DNA of 64,000 nucleotides from Eledone cirrhosa (GCA_964016885.1 OZ024741.1:134850001-134914000); one strand, 5' to 3'. Positions 40,953-59,473 are shown, numbered from the stretch's first letter. Notes: generated by a model from the sequence alone, not told the origin. Numbers and translations are program-made.

Positions 40953-43900
40953 AGCTCGTAGTATAGGAGAACGGTTAAATGAACACTGGCGAGAACTTCA
41001 AGATAAAAAAGAATCATCAATACTCCACCAACATGCTAAAATAGAACATAAGGGCAAATTAGAGAACATAGAAATAAAAATAGAATCTACACACAGAAAA
41101 GACGCAATGTTTAGACAAATCATAGAGGCAATAAACATAAATAAACTCCAACCAAAATTAAATAGAAAGCATGAATGGAATAGCAACATCACAACTTACA
41201 ATTAAGGACAAAATGAAAACACACACGCACATAGAACAAACAACCAACCAGTAACATGTAAATAAACAAATAAATAAACAAATATAAACACACACAGACA
41301 CCCGGATGTAACACATGCGCAAACTAAGCACAAAACACACACAAAAACAAGATGGCGTAGGACAGAACAAAGGAGAGGCACAAAACAAAGAAAAGAATCC
41401 CCAGTCACTGAAGAGATCACAGAATGTGTGACGAAAGAACTTTGACAATATATGAACAACCGTCCGGTTATGGAACCAACCAACCAACCAACCGGAAACT
41501 TATAAATTTAATTTATAATAAATTGGAGTGAAAGCAACTGGTGCGTGTGTTTCTTATTGGCAACATGACCCTCCCAAAGCATAACAATATCGGTTTCAAC
41601 ACACGTTTTCAGATAAAGAATCTTGCTAAACAAATTCAGAAACGACATATCGTAAGCCTTAGCCAGGCTTATAAAATACTGAAAACCACCATGTTCTGTT
41701 GTCTACGAAAAACAATAACATCTCGACAACTACACTTCATAAAAGAATGTGCCTCGTCCCGAGTTTACACCAACACCATCAACACCAATGTAAGAAGATT
41801 ACAACTTACCAAAAAGCAAGCAGATAGGCTAAAACGAACACTAATTCTAAACACAAAAAAGAAGATTTACAGAGAATTAAGTCATCAAGAAAAACATAAG
41901 CGTAACCTAATTCAAGAAATAACTAGGATCACCACACCAACAGAAAAATTAATATATATAAACCTTATATGTCTCGAAGAAAAGTACATTGTTCAAGAAT
42001 GTGACAAACACTTTAACAAGAAATTAAGGTGGCTCAAACAGATGAAATTAAACCAAGAAACTTCAGAGAATAGAGATAAATATCCAGACAAGATTGATGG
42101 TACAAACATGGCCGACTGCTCATTAACAGATGAATTCAACAACAACAACACAAATATATACGGCAACACTACAGTCAACTCTGATGAATTATCGATATTA
42201 CAGCTACCACCTAAATATGCCACATATAATAAGGTAAATATGATAAAATGCTTGTCAGAAATAGAAAAATCATTTACAAAATTACGTTGGAGCCTCAAAA
42301 ACAAAAATAAAAGTAACAACATACGCACACACACACACATCAACTATAATAACATACTCAGAGACAACAACAACAGAGACACAGACACAAACAACAATAA
42401 CAACAACACACACAACAATAATAACATACACGGAGACAACAACAACAACACACACATTCTATGACTCTCACCACCACCACAATCTTAACAAACACACAGA
42501 AACAGAAAACAGGTAATGAGAGTAACACAGAAGTAAGGGAAGGTAATGGGATTGAAAGGAGAAGGGAGACTATGAATACTGACAGAGAAAATAACCAGGT
42601 AGAACACACAGACACACAACATAGAGTAGATAATAACAATGATCCAGAGGAAAGAGACAGGAGTAATAATGAGAGACATAGAAACAACCATGAGGCTGTT
42701 GGTGGAAATAGAAATAGAAACAACACAACTTACAATAACAATAGCAATAGTACACATAAAGCAGCAGCCTGGAATTCTACTTTTTATAATCCTTCCGATA
42801 TGTCCTTCGACCTACGACGAGTCCACGCCACGACTTTAGCTTTAAAAAAACGCACGCAAGAGCCGTCGCAGGTCGATGAACAAACAGAAGCACAATTTAG
42901 TATAGCTAGATCTAAACTTAGAAATATTATAGAACAGTATAGCAAGAAGCAAAATAGAATGGAGGCCCAGCAACTGGGAGAAAAATCTGCAAATGGCTTG
43001 CGTAAGCTCATGCAGCGCTCGCATAATGGAGAGATTGCATGCTTTCCAACAGACAAGTCTGGTACAATGTCGGTTGACGGTCTGTCAAACTACATCCAGG
43101 CAATGCAACCCCACATCACTAACACAAGAGAACTAACACCACAATGCCCATACGATGATATGGACAAACATAATGCACCCCAATAAAAGGACTGCCAAGA
43201 ACTTCCAGGCCTGGAACAATGACGTGCCAGCTTTGTATGGGCTTCGAAAAGACCATAAAACAAGCAGTGACCCTGTTACAGGACCACCAGCACGGCCAGT
43301 CTGTGGAGCTAACATTGCTAGTAACTACAGACTTTCCTACTTCCTCTCCCTGATCAAACGCCCCATCATTGAAATGTCCCCAGATATATGTGACAGCACG
43401 GAGGACCTCCTCAGCAGAAACAGCGAAAATAACCGATCTAGTGACCTAACAGACTGTATAATAGGTAGTATGGATGTTGTGTCCCTATATCCATCCATTG
43501 ACGTGGATTTTGCTGTGGAGAAATGCATAGAAATGATCAGTGAGAGCAATGTTGAATTCCGTGGGATTGATACCAGCGAGCTGGGACTCCTACTTAAACT
43601 TACCTATAGTAATGATTATCTAGATACATATGACCTTAGCAACCTGTGCCCTACAAGACCAGTAAGAGGCAGACCCCTACCATTACCTCAATGGCCAAGA
43701 AAACCCACACAGAAAGATGGAACGGGTGGACCAGAGCCATACGGACCTCCGAAAACCACGATGAAATAAAGAAAATGATTGCACATGCGGTGGGGGCTAG
43801 TATAAAATTAACCCTTAAGGAATATATGTTCAAATTTAATGGAAAAACCTATGCCCAAGAGGAGGGAGCAGCCATTGGTGTTAGCATTCCAGGTGACATA

Positions 43901-45490
43901 GCTAATCTATTTATGGTATGGTGGGACAATAAAATTAAACTTAAACTTAAAGAACAATTAGAAGACAGCAACCTCTTAACCCTGATAATGTACTCCCGCT
44001 ACGTTGATGATAGTAAAAACACCCCCACTAGAGAACAGTCAGGAATTAGAGAAAAACACCATGGAAAGCATCCAGCAAATAGCTAACTCCATCCACCAGA
44101 GTATTAGAGTTACTATAGACTACCCAAGCAAACACCCCAGCCATCGATTACCTGTACTAGACACAGAGCTCTGGTTAGAATCCATTAATAACAACAAACA
44201 AATCCTTCATTCCCATTATGCCAAACCCATGACTTCCAAATATCTGATCCACCGAAACTCAGCTGTTTCGGATCACACCAAAATCAACATACTGAAACGT
44301 GTCCCGCATGTGCAACCCCAAAGAACTAGAGAGACACATACAACACTTCATCCACCGTATGCAGTTCTCTGGTTACAACCAGAGAGATAAAAATCAGAGT
44401 ATATAGAGGAGCCAGTACCAAATGGGAAAAAATGGTAAATAACGATACAAATGGGACCTGCCCCTTGTATAGGAGAACATTTTGGAATAGAATAGAAAGA
44501 ACTAGGAATAAGTTTAATAGAATAAACTCATGGTATGATAGCAATAAATACCAGAGTGTAATGTTCATCAATACAACCCCTAGAGGTGAATTAGCTTACA
44601 AATTTAGAAGGGCCCTAGATAAACATAAACTTAATATTAAGATAGTAGAAAGACCAGGTACCTCCATAAAAACACTTATTAGCAATACATACTCTTTTCA
44701 AAGACCTCCCTGTATAGATAAGAAATGCATAATCTGTAAACTAAGCCCCCATATTAACTGTAAAACTAGAAATGTAGTATATAGTATAAGATGTACTGAA
44801 GGACAATGTAAAGATAAGAATATAGTGTACATAGGTGAGACAGCTCGTAGTATAGGAGAACGGTTAAATGAACACTGGCGAGAACTTCAAGATAAAAAAG
44901 AATCATCAATACTCCACTAACATGCTAAAATAGAACATAAGGGCAAATTAGAGAACATAGAAATAAAAATAGAATCTACACACAGAAAAGACGCAATGTT
45001 TAGACAAATCATAGAGGCAATAAACATAAATGAACTCCAACCAAAATTAAATAGAAAGCATGAATGGAATAGCAACATCACAACTTACAATTAAGGACAA
45101 AATGAAAACACACACGCACATAGAACAAACAACCAACCAGTAACATGTAAATAAACAAATAAATAAACAAATATAAACACACACAGACACCCGGATGTAA
45201 CACATGCGCAAACTAAGCACAAAACACACACAAAAACAAGATGGCGTAGGACAGAACAAAGGAGAGGCACAAAACAAAGAAAAGAATCCCCAGTCACTGA
45301 AGAGGTCACAGAATGTGTGACGAAAGAACTTTGACAATATATGAACAACCGTCCGGTTATGGAACCAACCAACCAACCAACCGGAAATTTATAAATTCTT
45401 AAATTTATAAATTTAATTTATAATAAATTGGAGTGAAAGCAACTGGTGCTTGTGTTTCTTATTGGCAACATGACCCTCCCAAAGTATAAC
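40953..45490 (+). mobile_element. near full-length Penelope-like retroelement with ~630-650 bp pseudo-LTRs
   Basis: Direct repeats 40953-41585 / 44842-45490; frameshifted ORF pieces 41541-44920 with SMDVVSLYPSI, QEEGAAIG, YSRYVDD (RT) and VVYSIRC...VYIGETARSIGERLNEH (GIY-YIG); flanked by TA runs. Confidence 0.93.
45293..45335 (+). ncRNA. pLTR hammerhead ribozyme (second copy 41404-41446)
   Basis: GTCA-CTGAAGA-G-GTCACA gaatg TGTGAC-GAAA-GAAC-TT^-TGAC. Confidence 0.75.
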
Positions 45491-45586
45491 TATATATATA
45501 TATATATAAGTATTGAAATTTCCGTTGGAAACAGAAAAGGTCATAGAAGTGAAGAGTGCTCTATGTAAGTATCAGAGCAAAATTTA

Positions 45587-46944
<1,358 letters not shown>

Positions 46945-46991
46945 CGTGTGTGTGTGTGCGCGTCTATCTCTCTCTCTCTCTCGCTCTCTCT

Positions 46992-47101
<110 letters not shown>

Positions 47102-47251
47102 CAAAGAGATATTTAATTTGCTGGTAATACAACAAATTTATTTATAACAGATTCAAAGCACTCGACAGATTTCTGGAGTATAATATCAATGATATTAATA
47201 AACGGAAACTATATGGTTTTATAAATATAGTTTCCATTATTTATTAATATC

Positions 47252-47307
<56 letters not shown>

Positions 47308-47388
47308 CACCTTCACCACTAATTGATTTGACAGATGTCTTTAACCCATAGATACCAAATATTATTTGGGCAGTAGTTCGTGTGTAAG

Positions 47389-47422
<34 letters not shown>

Positions 47423-48052
47423 CGGGGCAACAAATTATTTTTATAGGTAGTCCACTTAAGTGTAGTCCAGTTATGGTACTCAAGGCGTTTCCATAGTGAT
47501 GCTGCGAGTACGCTGTAATTCCTATGTTGTAAACACTTGGAGTAATGATAAACCAGGAAAGAAGAGTGACACGGTTTGCTATACAAAAAAGGTTTTTAAT
47601 CTCATTGCTGACAATTGTTTCTCTGAACTGGTGTAGGTCTAGAGATCGCTACCCGCTTATTTTCACGTTATTCGATCACCAATACAAAGTTATAACCAGT
47701 CAATTCATCGGAGTTTGTGAGAATGAAAAGAATATACAGGCATGGCTACTATATATAGTAGTAATGGCATTCAATCAGAACAATAACAACAATACTAACA
47801 ATGCTAGCAATAAATTATTTGAAATAATCAAAACATTTATTAAAATGCTTTATACGGGATGTTTGTTTACAGACACACCGAGCATTATAATAAATGTTTG
47901 GTGAATCCATACGTACATATATATATGTGTGCATGTGTGTATATATACATACTACTGTACGTCTGTATACATATATGTATGTACGTATACATACTTATAT
48001 TTAAGTAACAGCCGTACTAAGAGTGGGAAATGAATTTCGTTTCATTTTTTCC

Positions 48053-48130
<78 letters not shown>

Positions 48131-48133
<3 letters not shown>

Positions 48134-48345
48134 AAAGGTAAACAGAAATAACAACACAATCGGTACAGTATATGGAAGGTATATATTAGGTTAACGCTTG
48201 ATATAGCAGGAAGAGGGTCTTAACTTTTCGGACGCTAGTCCTTCATCAGAAGAAAGAATGAGAAATAAGATAGATTGAGGGGATGGGAGAGATGGAATTG
48301 GAAAAAATGTCTTTAGATAAAAATAACAGGTACATTGATGCTGAT
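48131..48345 (-). mobile_element. solo 3' end of the 11475-12662 PLE family with HHR (48218-48253)
   Basis: Minus strand TCTT-CTGATGA-A-GGAC tagc GTCC-GAAA-AG-TT-AAGA; abuts (TA)n. Confidence 0.85.
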
Positions 48346-48561
48346 GCTTGTGTGTCTGCGTCTATATATGTATGTTTGCCCCCTAAAATACTACAGTGGG
48401 CCCTGCAACGTTACTGTGGGCTCTTGCAATGCTACCGTCGGCCCCTGGAGCCCACTTGCCATGGGCAACCTGGAAACCTGGTCAGTCTGCCACTGTATAT
48501 ATATATATATACTTTTATTAGAATACTGTTGAAGTGTGTATACATTTTGAGGGTCACCCTG

Positions 48562-49651
<1,090 letters not shown>

Positions 49652-49672
49652 ATATATATATATATATATATA

Positions 49673-49750
49673 CAGGGTGACCCCAAAAATGTATACACAC
49701 TTCAACAGTATTCTAATAAAAGTATGCATATAATTTTTGGGGACACCCTG
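49673..49750. mobile_element. 78-bp Tc1/mariner mini-MITE
   Basis: TA|cagggtgaccccaaaaat...atttttggggacaccctg|TA; partial copies at ~48512-48561 and ~33897-33931. Confidence 0.75.
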
Positions 49751-50020
49751 TATATATATATATAGTAAGTAGGTGTGTAACGATAGTTACAGGCGGTTGG
49801 CCAGTCAGAGCACTTAATCAGTTCCAAAGGTCCGTCATATCCGTACAGCTAAGGGCAGCTGTAACCCGTAGAGTGTAAATAAAAGTAAGCATTAACAATA
49901 TTTAACGGTTGTATCATATATAAACAATTATTTCGGTATCGATCAGCTCAGTTTACAATCATGATGATCAGGACCTGACTACATTGACGTCTCATCAGAT
50001 ATAGGAGTTTATATGAACAG

Positions 50021-50084
<64 letters not shown>

Positions 50085-50639
50085 ATTGCTCTTGCACTGC
50101 ATGAAGGCATGAGCCTTCCTCGACCTCCCTTCCCCTTTGGTTTTTCTGTTTTCATATCCTTGTCTGTCTCCTCTTCCGTTTTGTTTTCAAATTTCAATTT
50201 CTTTTTTCTCCTCCTGACCATTTTCTGATGAAGGTATTCTTATGTGGACTTTAAGATGAAAAATTAACAATATCACTTTAAAAGGTGAAGAAAATGTAAT
50301 ATCTAGTTAGATGAGTCATTAAATTGTCTGATTACATTAGCAATTAATTAGCACGGCAACCAGGGCAAGGGTGAGTTGTGGTGTGTAACAAAAAGTTGAA
50401 AATGCATTTGGAGTCGTTAAGAAGATTTATTTATATTAACTTAATCGCTTTCACAATTTCATAATATCAAAAAGTCGTGTGAGGTGGTTGGACGCAGCAC
50501 TATGCCGTAACTCTCTCGCTTCTGGCCACGAGAACACGGATCAAATTTCTATCTGTTTAAGATAAAATTTGATTGGTTAAAGATGGTCACGAGGTCAGTG
50601 TCATTATGAAAATAATCGCGCCAAAAGTTGTGACTGTGT

Positions 50640-51965
50640 AATGTGCAATCGAAAAATCAAGGCTGCGTAAATTTAGTGAATATTTAATGTGAGAGAAGGA
50701 ACAACAAAGTATTTATTTGCAAGTAAATTTATTCTGTTATGCTTTGTATTTCTTTATAAATATATTTTCCTTATCTAGCCATATTTAATCTATGATTTTA
50801 TCTGGACTATGTCTTTATAAATATATTTTCTTACATAGTTATGTCTGATCTGTGATTTTGTCTGAAGAAAGGTAAAGGGGAATTTGGGGGATTTGTTTGT
50901 TGCATATGAATCTAAAAGCTCACTAAGTGGAATCTGTTTAGTGTAGGGAAATGGTATTTGTTGACGATGAATATTAGTTCTGTTTCTCAGGGTAAGTTTT
51001 GTTTGCCCTATGTAACTTACGTTATACCGTTTACATTTAAAAGCCTGTATTAATCTTTTTGATGAACAGGCTAATATTTTTTTTTTTACAAAAAACAATT
51101 GTCATAATTTAAATATATACAATGTGCCATCAATAAGGTTTAGTGCGGGTTTCACAGTTTGGGCAGTTGCACTTTCTAATCTTGGTGTTCTATTTGTCGT
51201 GGGAAATTTGCTGCTGGTAAGTAGTTTTAGGGATTTTGGTAGTCTTTTAAATCAAACTGGAATCGATTAATCGAATTTTCCCATTCCTTTCAAATTGCTG
51301 ATCTTTCGCCAAAAGTAGAAACAATTATCTTTTTGTATTTCGAGTGCACTTTTCATGGATCGTCTCTAAATAAGGAAATGTTCTGGTGGATACGGTTTAT
51401 GCTTCTATATTTCTTAGGTTGTTTGATATAGGCTAGAGTATTAATCATATCTGAAATGTTTTTATTATTCGAGGTTCTCGAATGTCGTGCTTTCATACGT
51501 TCTATTCCAGTATCGGTTAGCATTATCGGGGATTGTCTTTCAAGTAGTATTCGTTTTAAGTCTTCATGTCGTTTATTCCAAGTTATATAATTCAATGCAA
51601 TTGTGTGGTTTTAATGTTCGTGTCTGCTTTGATGATTAGAATGTGCTGGAATAGTAGTTGCGTTTGACTGTATGGCATTGTGGAATGAATAATGTTACTT
51701 ATGCTATTAATTAGGATTTTGAAATCATTGAGTTAGTTAAGACTGGTATCCCACAAAATAAGGCAGTCATCTAAGTAACGTTTCCGGTTGTCTAGTAAAT
51801 ATTTATGGAAGTTCAAACCGTATTTTAACCGCATTTGTTCATATATAGGGACTTCTAAATACACCATGACTAAACTGATGTTAGTCGAATCAATTTTTGT
51901 ATTAATTCGAAGTGCCAAATACTGGTTTGAAAATTATTCTCTAGGATGAATTTTAATCCTTCATT
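50640..51965 (-). pseudogene. degenerate Penelope-like element (RT + GIY-YIG)
   Basis: RKRYLDDCLILW (RT) and FKCKRYNVSYIGQTKLTLRNRTNIHRQQI (GIY-YIG) in broken frames. Confidence 0.8.
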
Positions 51966-52174
51966 GATACACACAATGGTATATTCCCTCAGCACGTTGA
52001 CTCGGCGAGAATACAGCTTTTCGCTCTTGACATTGTGAGGATAGATTCAGTTGACTGGAGTTTTGCTTCTCATACGCCATATTCTGACTGCATGACTATT
52101 TTCAAGTAAACATTTCATACTTTCACCTCTATCCATTGTTCACAGATATAATCAGGGTATGTTTTCTTTCACCC

Positions 52175-52262
<88 letters not shown>

Positions 52263-52700
52263 GGTGTGTGTGTACAAGAACCTTCGTAAAGTTAAGTTCA
52301 AAATAAATTTTTAATAATGAGAAAGTTAAATTATGAAATCCTTCCAAATTATTTGAAAATCATAGACGGTGTCTTTTATTAAAATTGTTGTAACGACAGA
52401 ACTGAAGTTTTCATATATAGTGTTTAACTGTAACTTGCTGGAAATTGGGAGACTTTTTCTTAGGTTCTACGAATTGACATTTGACTAAAATATATTTGGC
52501 AAGAATTAAAAAAAAAATTAAACAAGAAAGTAAAAATCCGGCAACCTATCAATATTCGCTAAGATTTAATCTCTAAAATTAACTTTGAAACTGCATATAG
52601 AGTGTAAGTTTAACCATAACTTTTTCATATTGTTTCAGTTATGTTCTTTTTAAATTCTCACTAGAAACATTTGTTCAATTACTATGTATGTGTTTCACTG

Positions 52701-52753
<53 letters not shown>

Positions 52754-52854
52754 GAAATTATTTGACCGTGAGCTGGTTTCTGTTCGTAAGTGCACACAGA
52801 TGAACGTTTTCAGAAAATATCAGCAGGATTTGACAGAAGCAAACGTCTCAAATT

Positions 52855-53460
52855 GATCCCCAAGCGAGACTGAGTTCATGGATGTTATTCAACCATCTTG
52901 CTCGGGGTCTACCCCTGAGTATCATACCGGTTGGTTTTTGCCCGTAAAATCTGTCCTGCGATTCTTTTCTTAGGCATTCTAACATATCCATAGTGTCGGA
53001 CCTTTAATCTTTCAATTCGGAGAAGTGGTGGCTCTACCTGGAGCAACTCCCTGATCACCGAGCTACTCTATCGACTAACGTTACCCGAGAGACCCTTTGG
53101 AGGAACCCAATTTCGGCCGTTTGCATTTGAAATCGTATTTCGGTCATTATCGAAGATTCATGACCATATATAAGGGTTATCACAACTACCGAATTGCAGA
53201 TGATAGCGAGTTTGGCTTTTACACCTACCTCTCTTCTTCTGATGACCGGCATATTACTGCACCAGCTCTTGCAACTCAAGCACTTAATTCGGTTTCTTGT
53301 CTTCCATCACTCATGAAAACAGTCCCGAGATACTTAAACTTCTCCACTTGCTTCAGTGGAAATCCATTCACATGTAAAATACACTGCGCAAGCTGTTTTG
53401 AGAGGATGAGTGTCTTCTCTAAGCATAAACATCTTTTTATTGTTATTCTCACTGTAAAAC
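52855..53460 (-). mobile_element. RTE LINE 3' fragment
   Basis: VKAKLAII..LIYGHES...QMQTAEIGFLQRVSRVTLVDRV; upstream QVEKFKYLG-like segment. Confidence 0.7.
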
Positions 53461-55167
53461 ATTCCGTGAGAGTCTGTGGGAAAATTTATTTAAATAAAAG
53501 CTTGGGAACTACTGGCTTAGAGTTTTCGTCTCATGATCATAAGGTCATGAATTCTTTTCCCGGCGGCGCTTGTGTCCTTGAGCAAGACATTTTATTTCAA
53601 CTTGCTCCAGTTCACTCAGCTGTCAAATAAGAAATTGTACCTGTTATTCAAAGGCCAGCCATTGTGTTATGCTGAATCTTTCTGAGAAATACGAGCAGAC
53701 TCTTTTCAGTTGATTGTATGAACTGGAACATTCGTCCTCGGAATTAACGGAGGTTCAACACACGGGCACACACACACATATACATACACACTTATGGACA
53801 CGCATACGTATGGGCACACACATTCACATACAAGCATACACACATATACGAATACACACACATTCACATACGGGCACACATACTGATACACACACACACA
53901 CATGCAAGCACACACACACATGCGGTCACACACACACATACGAGCACACACACATACGCGCGCACACACACACACACGGGCACATACATTTATACGAACA
54001 CACACAAACACACACATATACATAATATCATGAATCGCTACTTTTGAATGTCTGTGTGGATAGCTGGAATAAGTATTTTAGCGACATCTATTGAGAAGAG
54101 AAAAATCAATGGAAGTGTAGTTTAAAATTAAATGTAATTTTGGGGAAATTTGGTTAAAGCATATATTTATTGTAAGTGACGACGGCAAACACCTTTCAAA
54201 CAATGAAAAGAATGCGAAAAAATAAAATTGAATTGTGAACAGATAGAATTTATCAAAGAATACGTAGAGGGATAAAAATCGCAATGTTGTCTGTCACTAT
54301 TTGAGTATCAATAATCACCTGAATGTAATGGTATTTCAAAACAAAGATTTCATATCATCTTTGGTATCACTTCTACATCTACTACAATCTACCAATATTT
54401 TCTATTGTTAAAATACAATAATTTAAGGAAGGGGTGGGGGAATACGTTCTTTGTAATAATAGGTATGAAGCAAAGTAAAAGTAACAATAGTTATTATTAA
54501 ATCAGCTAATGTATGCTGCAAATGTTAAAATTAACATCGTCGACAATATCATGTTTAGAAACTAAAACTAAAAAAGAATGTATAAAAAATAAAAAGACGA
54601 AATGTCTATTAAATAGTTATCTAGACTAGAAATATAAAGGTTTCCTATCTCAATAGCAGATACCCAAACCATTTTCAGCAGAAATTCAACAAGCAATCGC
54701 CTCAAATAGCTTTAGATAATTAGATATAATATAATAGTAATGTAATTATGGCATGGCTATATTAATGTAATGTTTAAGTTCAAAGTGGGAAGGTGCGTGC
54801 CTTAGCGGTTAGTTGGTAAAAGAGGGTCGGCTTACAATCGCATGGTCGAGTGTTCGATTCCCAGACATGACGGCGGCGTGTTGTGTCATTAAGCAAGAGA
54901 GCAAGACACTTTATTTCACGTTGTTCCAGTCACCTCACCAGGCAAAATGTGTTGTACTTGTAATTTAAAGGGCCAAGGGCCAGCCTCTGTCACAGTGAAT
55001 CTCAGTGAGAACTGCGTTAAAGTTGTGTGTGATTGTGGAATATCCAGTCACTTGCACGTTACTTTCCGTTGATCGTAACATATGCTTAGATATTGTTTCA
55101 ATCTCCCCCAATATGCGATAATCCATGAAAGTATGGAACGTTATAGTGGTAGTAGAGAGCTCAGCTA

Positions 55168-55303
<136 letters not shown>

Positions 55304-55389
55304 AACAACATCACACTCCTAAACAATTTGTCAGTTACTATTATCGGTGATATTTCATAATAGCGAAATCTTATCAAAATCTTACACAC

Positions 55390-55430
<41 letters not shown>

Positions 55431-55507
55431 TACACAGACACACATACACAAACTCACACGCACATATATATTTACATACACATATATTTACATATACTCA
55501 ACACGCA

Positions 55508-55563
<56 letters not shown>

Positions 55564-55781
55564 ATATACACACACATATATTTACAGACACACAAGGAAA
55601 CACATATTTAAATCGACACAAGCACACATATATTTACATACATACACGCACACACATATTTTCAGACAAGCAAACACATATATACTTATCTACAAGCACA
55701 CACACACGCATATATATATATTTACATACACACACATATATACATACAGAAAGCTATACATAAAATCTTACTTTTTCAGCA

Positions 55782-56827
55782 AACCACCACCACCACCACC
55801 ACCACCAGCACCACCACCGCTACACTACAACAATCACCAGAATCACAACAATCACCACCACCACCACCACCACCACCACCACCACCACCAGCACAGTACA
55901 ACAATCACCAGAATCACAACAATCACCACCACCATCACCACCACCACCACCACCAGCACACTACAACAATCACCAGAATCACAACAATCACCACCACCAT
56001 CACCACCACCACCACCACCAGCACACTACAACAATCACCAGAATCACAACAATCACCACCACCACCACCACCACCACCACCACCACCACCGCTACACTAC
56101 AACAATCACCAGAATCACAACAATCACCACCACCACCACCACCACCACCACCACCACCACCACCACCACCACCACCGCTACACTACAACAATCACCAGAA
56201 TCACAACAATCACCACCACCAACACCACCACCACCACCACCACCACCACCACCACCAGCACACTACAACAATCACCACCACCACCACCACCACCACCACC
56301 ACCACCACCACCACCACCACCGCTACACTACAACAATCACCAGAATCACAACAATCACCACCACCACCACCACCACCACCACCACCACCACCACCACCAC
56401 CACCGCTACACTACAACAATCACCAGAATCACAACAATCACCACCACCAACACCACCACCACCACCACCACCACCACCAGCACACTACAACAATCACCAC
56501 CACCACCACCACCACCACCACCACCACCACCACCACCACCAGCACACTACAACAATCACCACCACCACCACCACCACCACCATCACCACCACCACCACCA
56601 CCACCGCTACACTACAACAATCACCAGAATCACAACAATCACCACCACCACCACCACCACCACCACCACCACCACCACCACCACCACCACCGCTACACTA
56701 CAACAATCACCAGAATCACAACAATCACCACCACCAACACCACCACCACCACCACCACCACCACCACCACCAGCACACTACAACAATCACCAGAATCACA
56801 ACAATCACCACCACCACCACCACCACC

Positions 56828-56858
<31 letters not shown>

Positions 56859-57317
56859 CCAGCACACTACAACAATCACCAGAATCACAACAATCACCAC
56901 CACCACCACCACCACCACCACCACCAGCACACTACAACAATCACCAGAATCACAACAATCACCACCACCACCACCACCACCACCACCACCACCACCACCA
57001 GCACCACCACCACCACCACCGCTACACTACAACAATCACCAGAATCACAACAATCACCACCACCACCACCACCACCACCGCTACACTACAACAATCACCA
57101 CAACAATCACCACCACCACCACCACCACCACCACCACCACCACCACACTACAACAATCACCAGAATCACAACAATCACCACCACCACCACCACCACCACC
57201 ACCACCACCAGCACACTACAACAATCACAACAATCACCACCACCACCACCACCACCACCACCACCACCACCAGCACACTACAACAATCACAACAATCACC
57301 ACCACCACCACCACCAC
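55782..57317. repeat. compound minisatellite: (CAC)n spacers with constant module cactacaacaatcaccagaatcacaacaat
   Basis: Direct reading; more than 20 modules with variable CAC run length. Confidence 0.9.
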
Positions 57318-57453
57318 GTCGAAGGTTTTTAACGGATCCTACTTGAAAACGTCTGTAACCTTACAACGACAGTCGTGAATGTATGGGAGTAGTTAAGTGA
57401 ATAATTGACGACTTTCACAAATAATTGTATCACGACGGAAGTTATATATGGTG

Positions 57454-57518
<65 letters not shown>

Positions 57519-57579
57519 GTGTGCGTGCGCGCGTGCGTGTGTATATGTGTGTATCTGTGTATATGTGTGTGCATGTGTT

Positions 57580-57616
<37 letters not shown>

Positions 57617-57638
57617 ATGCTAAACAAATTCAGAAACG

Positions 57639-57703
<65 letters not shown>

Positions 57704-57769
57704 GCGTGTGTGTGCGCGCGTGAGTATATGTGTGTATGTGTGATATGGGTGTGCGTGTGTTTGTATATG

Positions 57770-57843
<74 letters not shown>

Positions 57844-57978
57844 GTCTATATATATATATGTATATGTGTTGCCTGTATATGTTGTTATCATTTTTAATGT
57901 TTCTCTTTCATTAAAATCGATCAATGTATGCATGTATGTATATATCTGTGGCTCTGTCTGCCCCACTATCTATCTATC

Positions 57979-58073
<95 letters not shown>

Positions 58074-58096
58074 GTCTGCCCCACTATCTATCTATC

Positions 58097-58171
<75 letters not shown>

Positions 58172-59064
58172 TTTGTGCCCCTGTGGCTAATAAAGAAATA
58201 TATCTATCTATTTATCTATCTATCTACATATGTACACATCACCTGATTTATAATATCTGATAGCAGATTCCAAATGCTATTTAAGTATCTTTCGAAAACT
58301 TCGGAACAAATTACAATGGGGAATAATTTCAATGGAATTAAACTGTTTTACGTCTGAAGGAGCCAAGTTCACCCATTTTGCCAGGATAATGTCGGAAAAA
58401 TGAAGTTATTCTCTTTTAATGGGTGTAATATCTATATCTGCGGCAGCGTTAGCATTTCCGGCTTAGAAATTGTGATTTAAATTCGTACTTAGCAGATCTT
58501 TAGAAAGTTTGGGTATTTTATTTTATTTTTTTTCATATAAAATAATTTGAAGTAATTCTTGTGATTTCCTCTTTAAAACATACATCAATTCATCCATCCA
58601 TGCATGCATGCATACATGAACCCTGATTTCTTGGTGTAGATGTAGAAGTGCCGTTGTGACATACGGTCTATTTTATTGATAGGGCCTCCAGTCTTGTTAT
58701 GTCATTGTTACAGCTTACATTTATGCATGTTTAACTGGTCTCCTGTGAAGTTGCATCGCATAGGAGATTTTATGGCTGCATTAATTGTAGAATCCCAGTT
58801 CTGTCATGAAAAACAGCAAACACGACACGCTATCTGGTTCAGGAATCGAACCCATGGTCTTATGATCTTGGGTAGAACATCCTAACCACTAGGTCACACG
58901 TCTTATAATGGTGGAGGGTTTCACCACAAAATATGAGTGACTGGAGCAGCGAACCAAATTTTGTGATGATATAAATTTCTGTAAAGAATGCTGAAAGCAA
59001 TCAACTTTAAAAGAAAATATTAATTTTCAAATCTTTTTTTAATCGCTCCGTTTATCTCGCTTGA

Positions 59065-59473
59065 ATACATTTATAATAATTGTTTCTACTTTTGGCACAA
59101 GGCCAGCAATTAGCCAGTGCATTACTGGTACTTTATTTTATCGACCCCATAAGGATGAAAGGCAAAGTTAACCTCGGCGGGATTTGAACTCAGAATGGCA
59201 AGGGCCATAACTCTATACGTCAAAGCATGGCGTCCGACCCTCTACCGATACTGCCAATCCACCGTCCTATACATTTATAATAATTGTTTCTACTTTTTGG
59301 CACAAGGCCAGCAATTATCCCAGTGCATTACTGGTACTTTATTTTATCGACCCCGTAAGGATGAAAGGCAAAGTTAACCTCGGCGGGATTTGAACTCAGA
59401 TCATAAAGAGACGTAACTCTATGCTTCAAAGCATGGTGTCCGACTCTCTGCCGATACTGCCAATCCACCGCCC
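59065..59473 (-). mobile_element. head-to-tail dimer of SINE family A
   Basis: Two full copies about 204 bp apart, each preceded by atacatttataataatt. Confidence 0.85.

Noticed and set aside
47470-47545. Minus-strand catag/ctatg-GAAACG with tactc/gagta stem
   Set aside because: The CUGANGA segment is absent, so it cannot be called a ribozyme.
50224-50315. CTGATGA-AGGTATT...AATATCT as an HHR
   Set aside because: The GAAA half of the core is missing; at most a relic.
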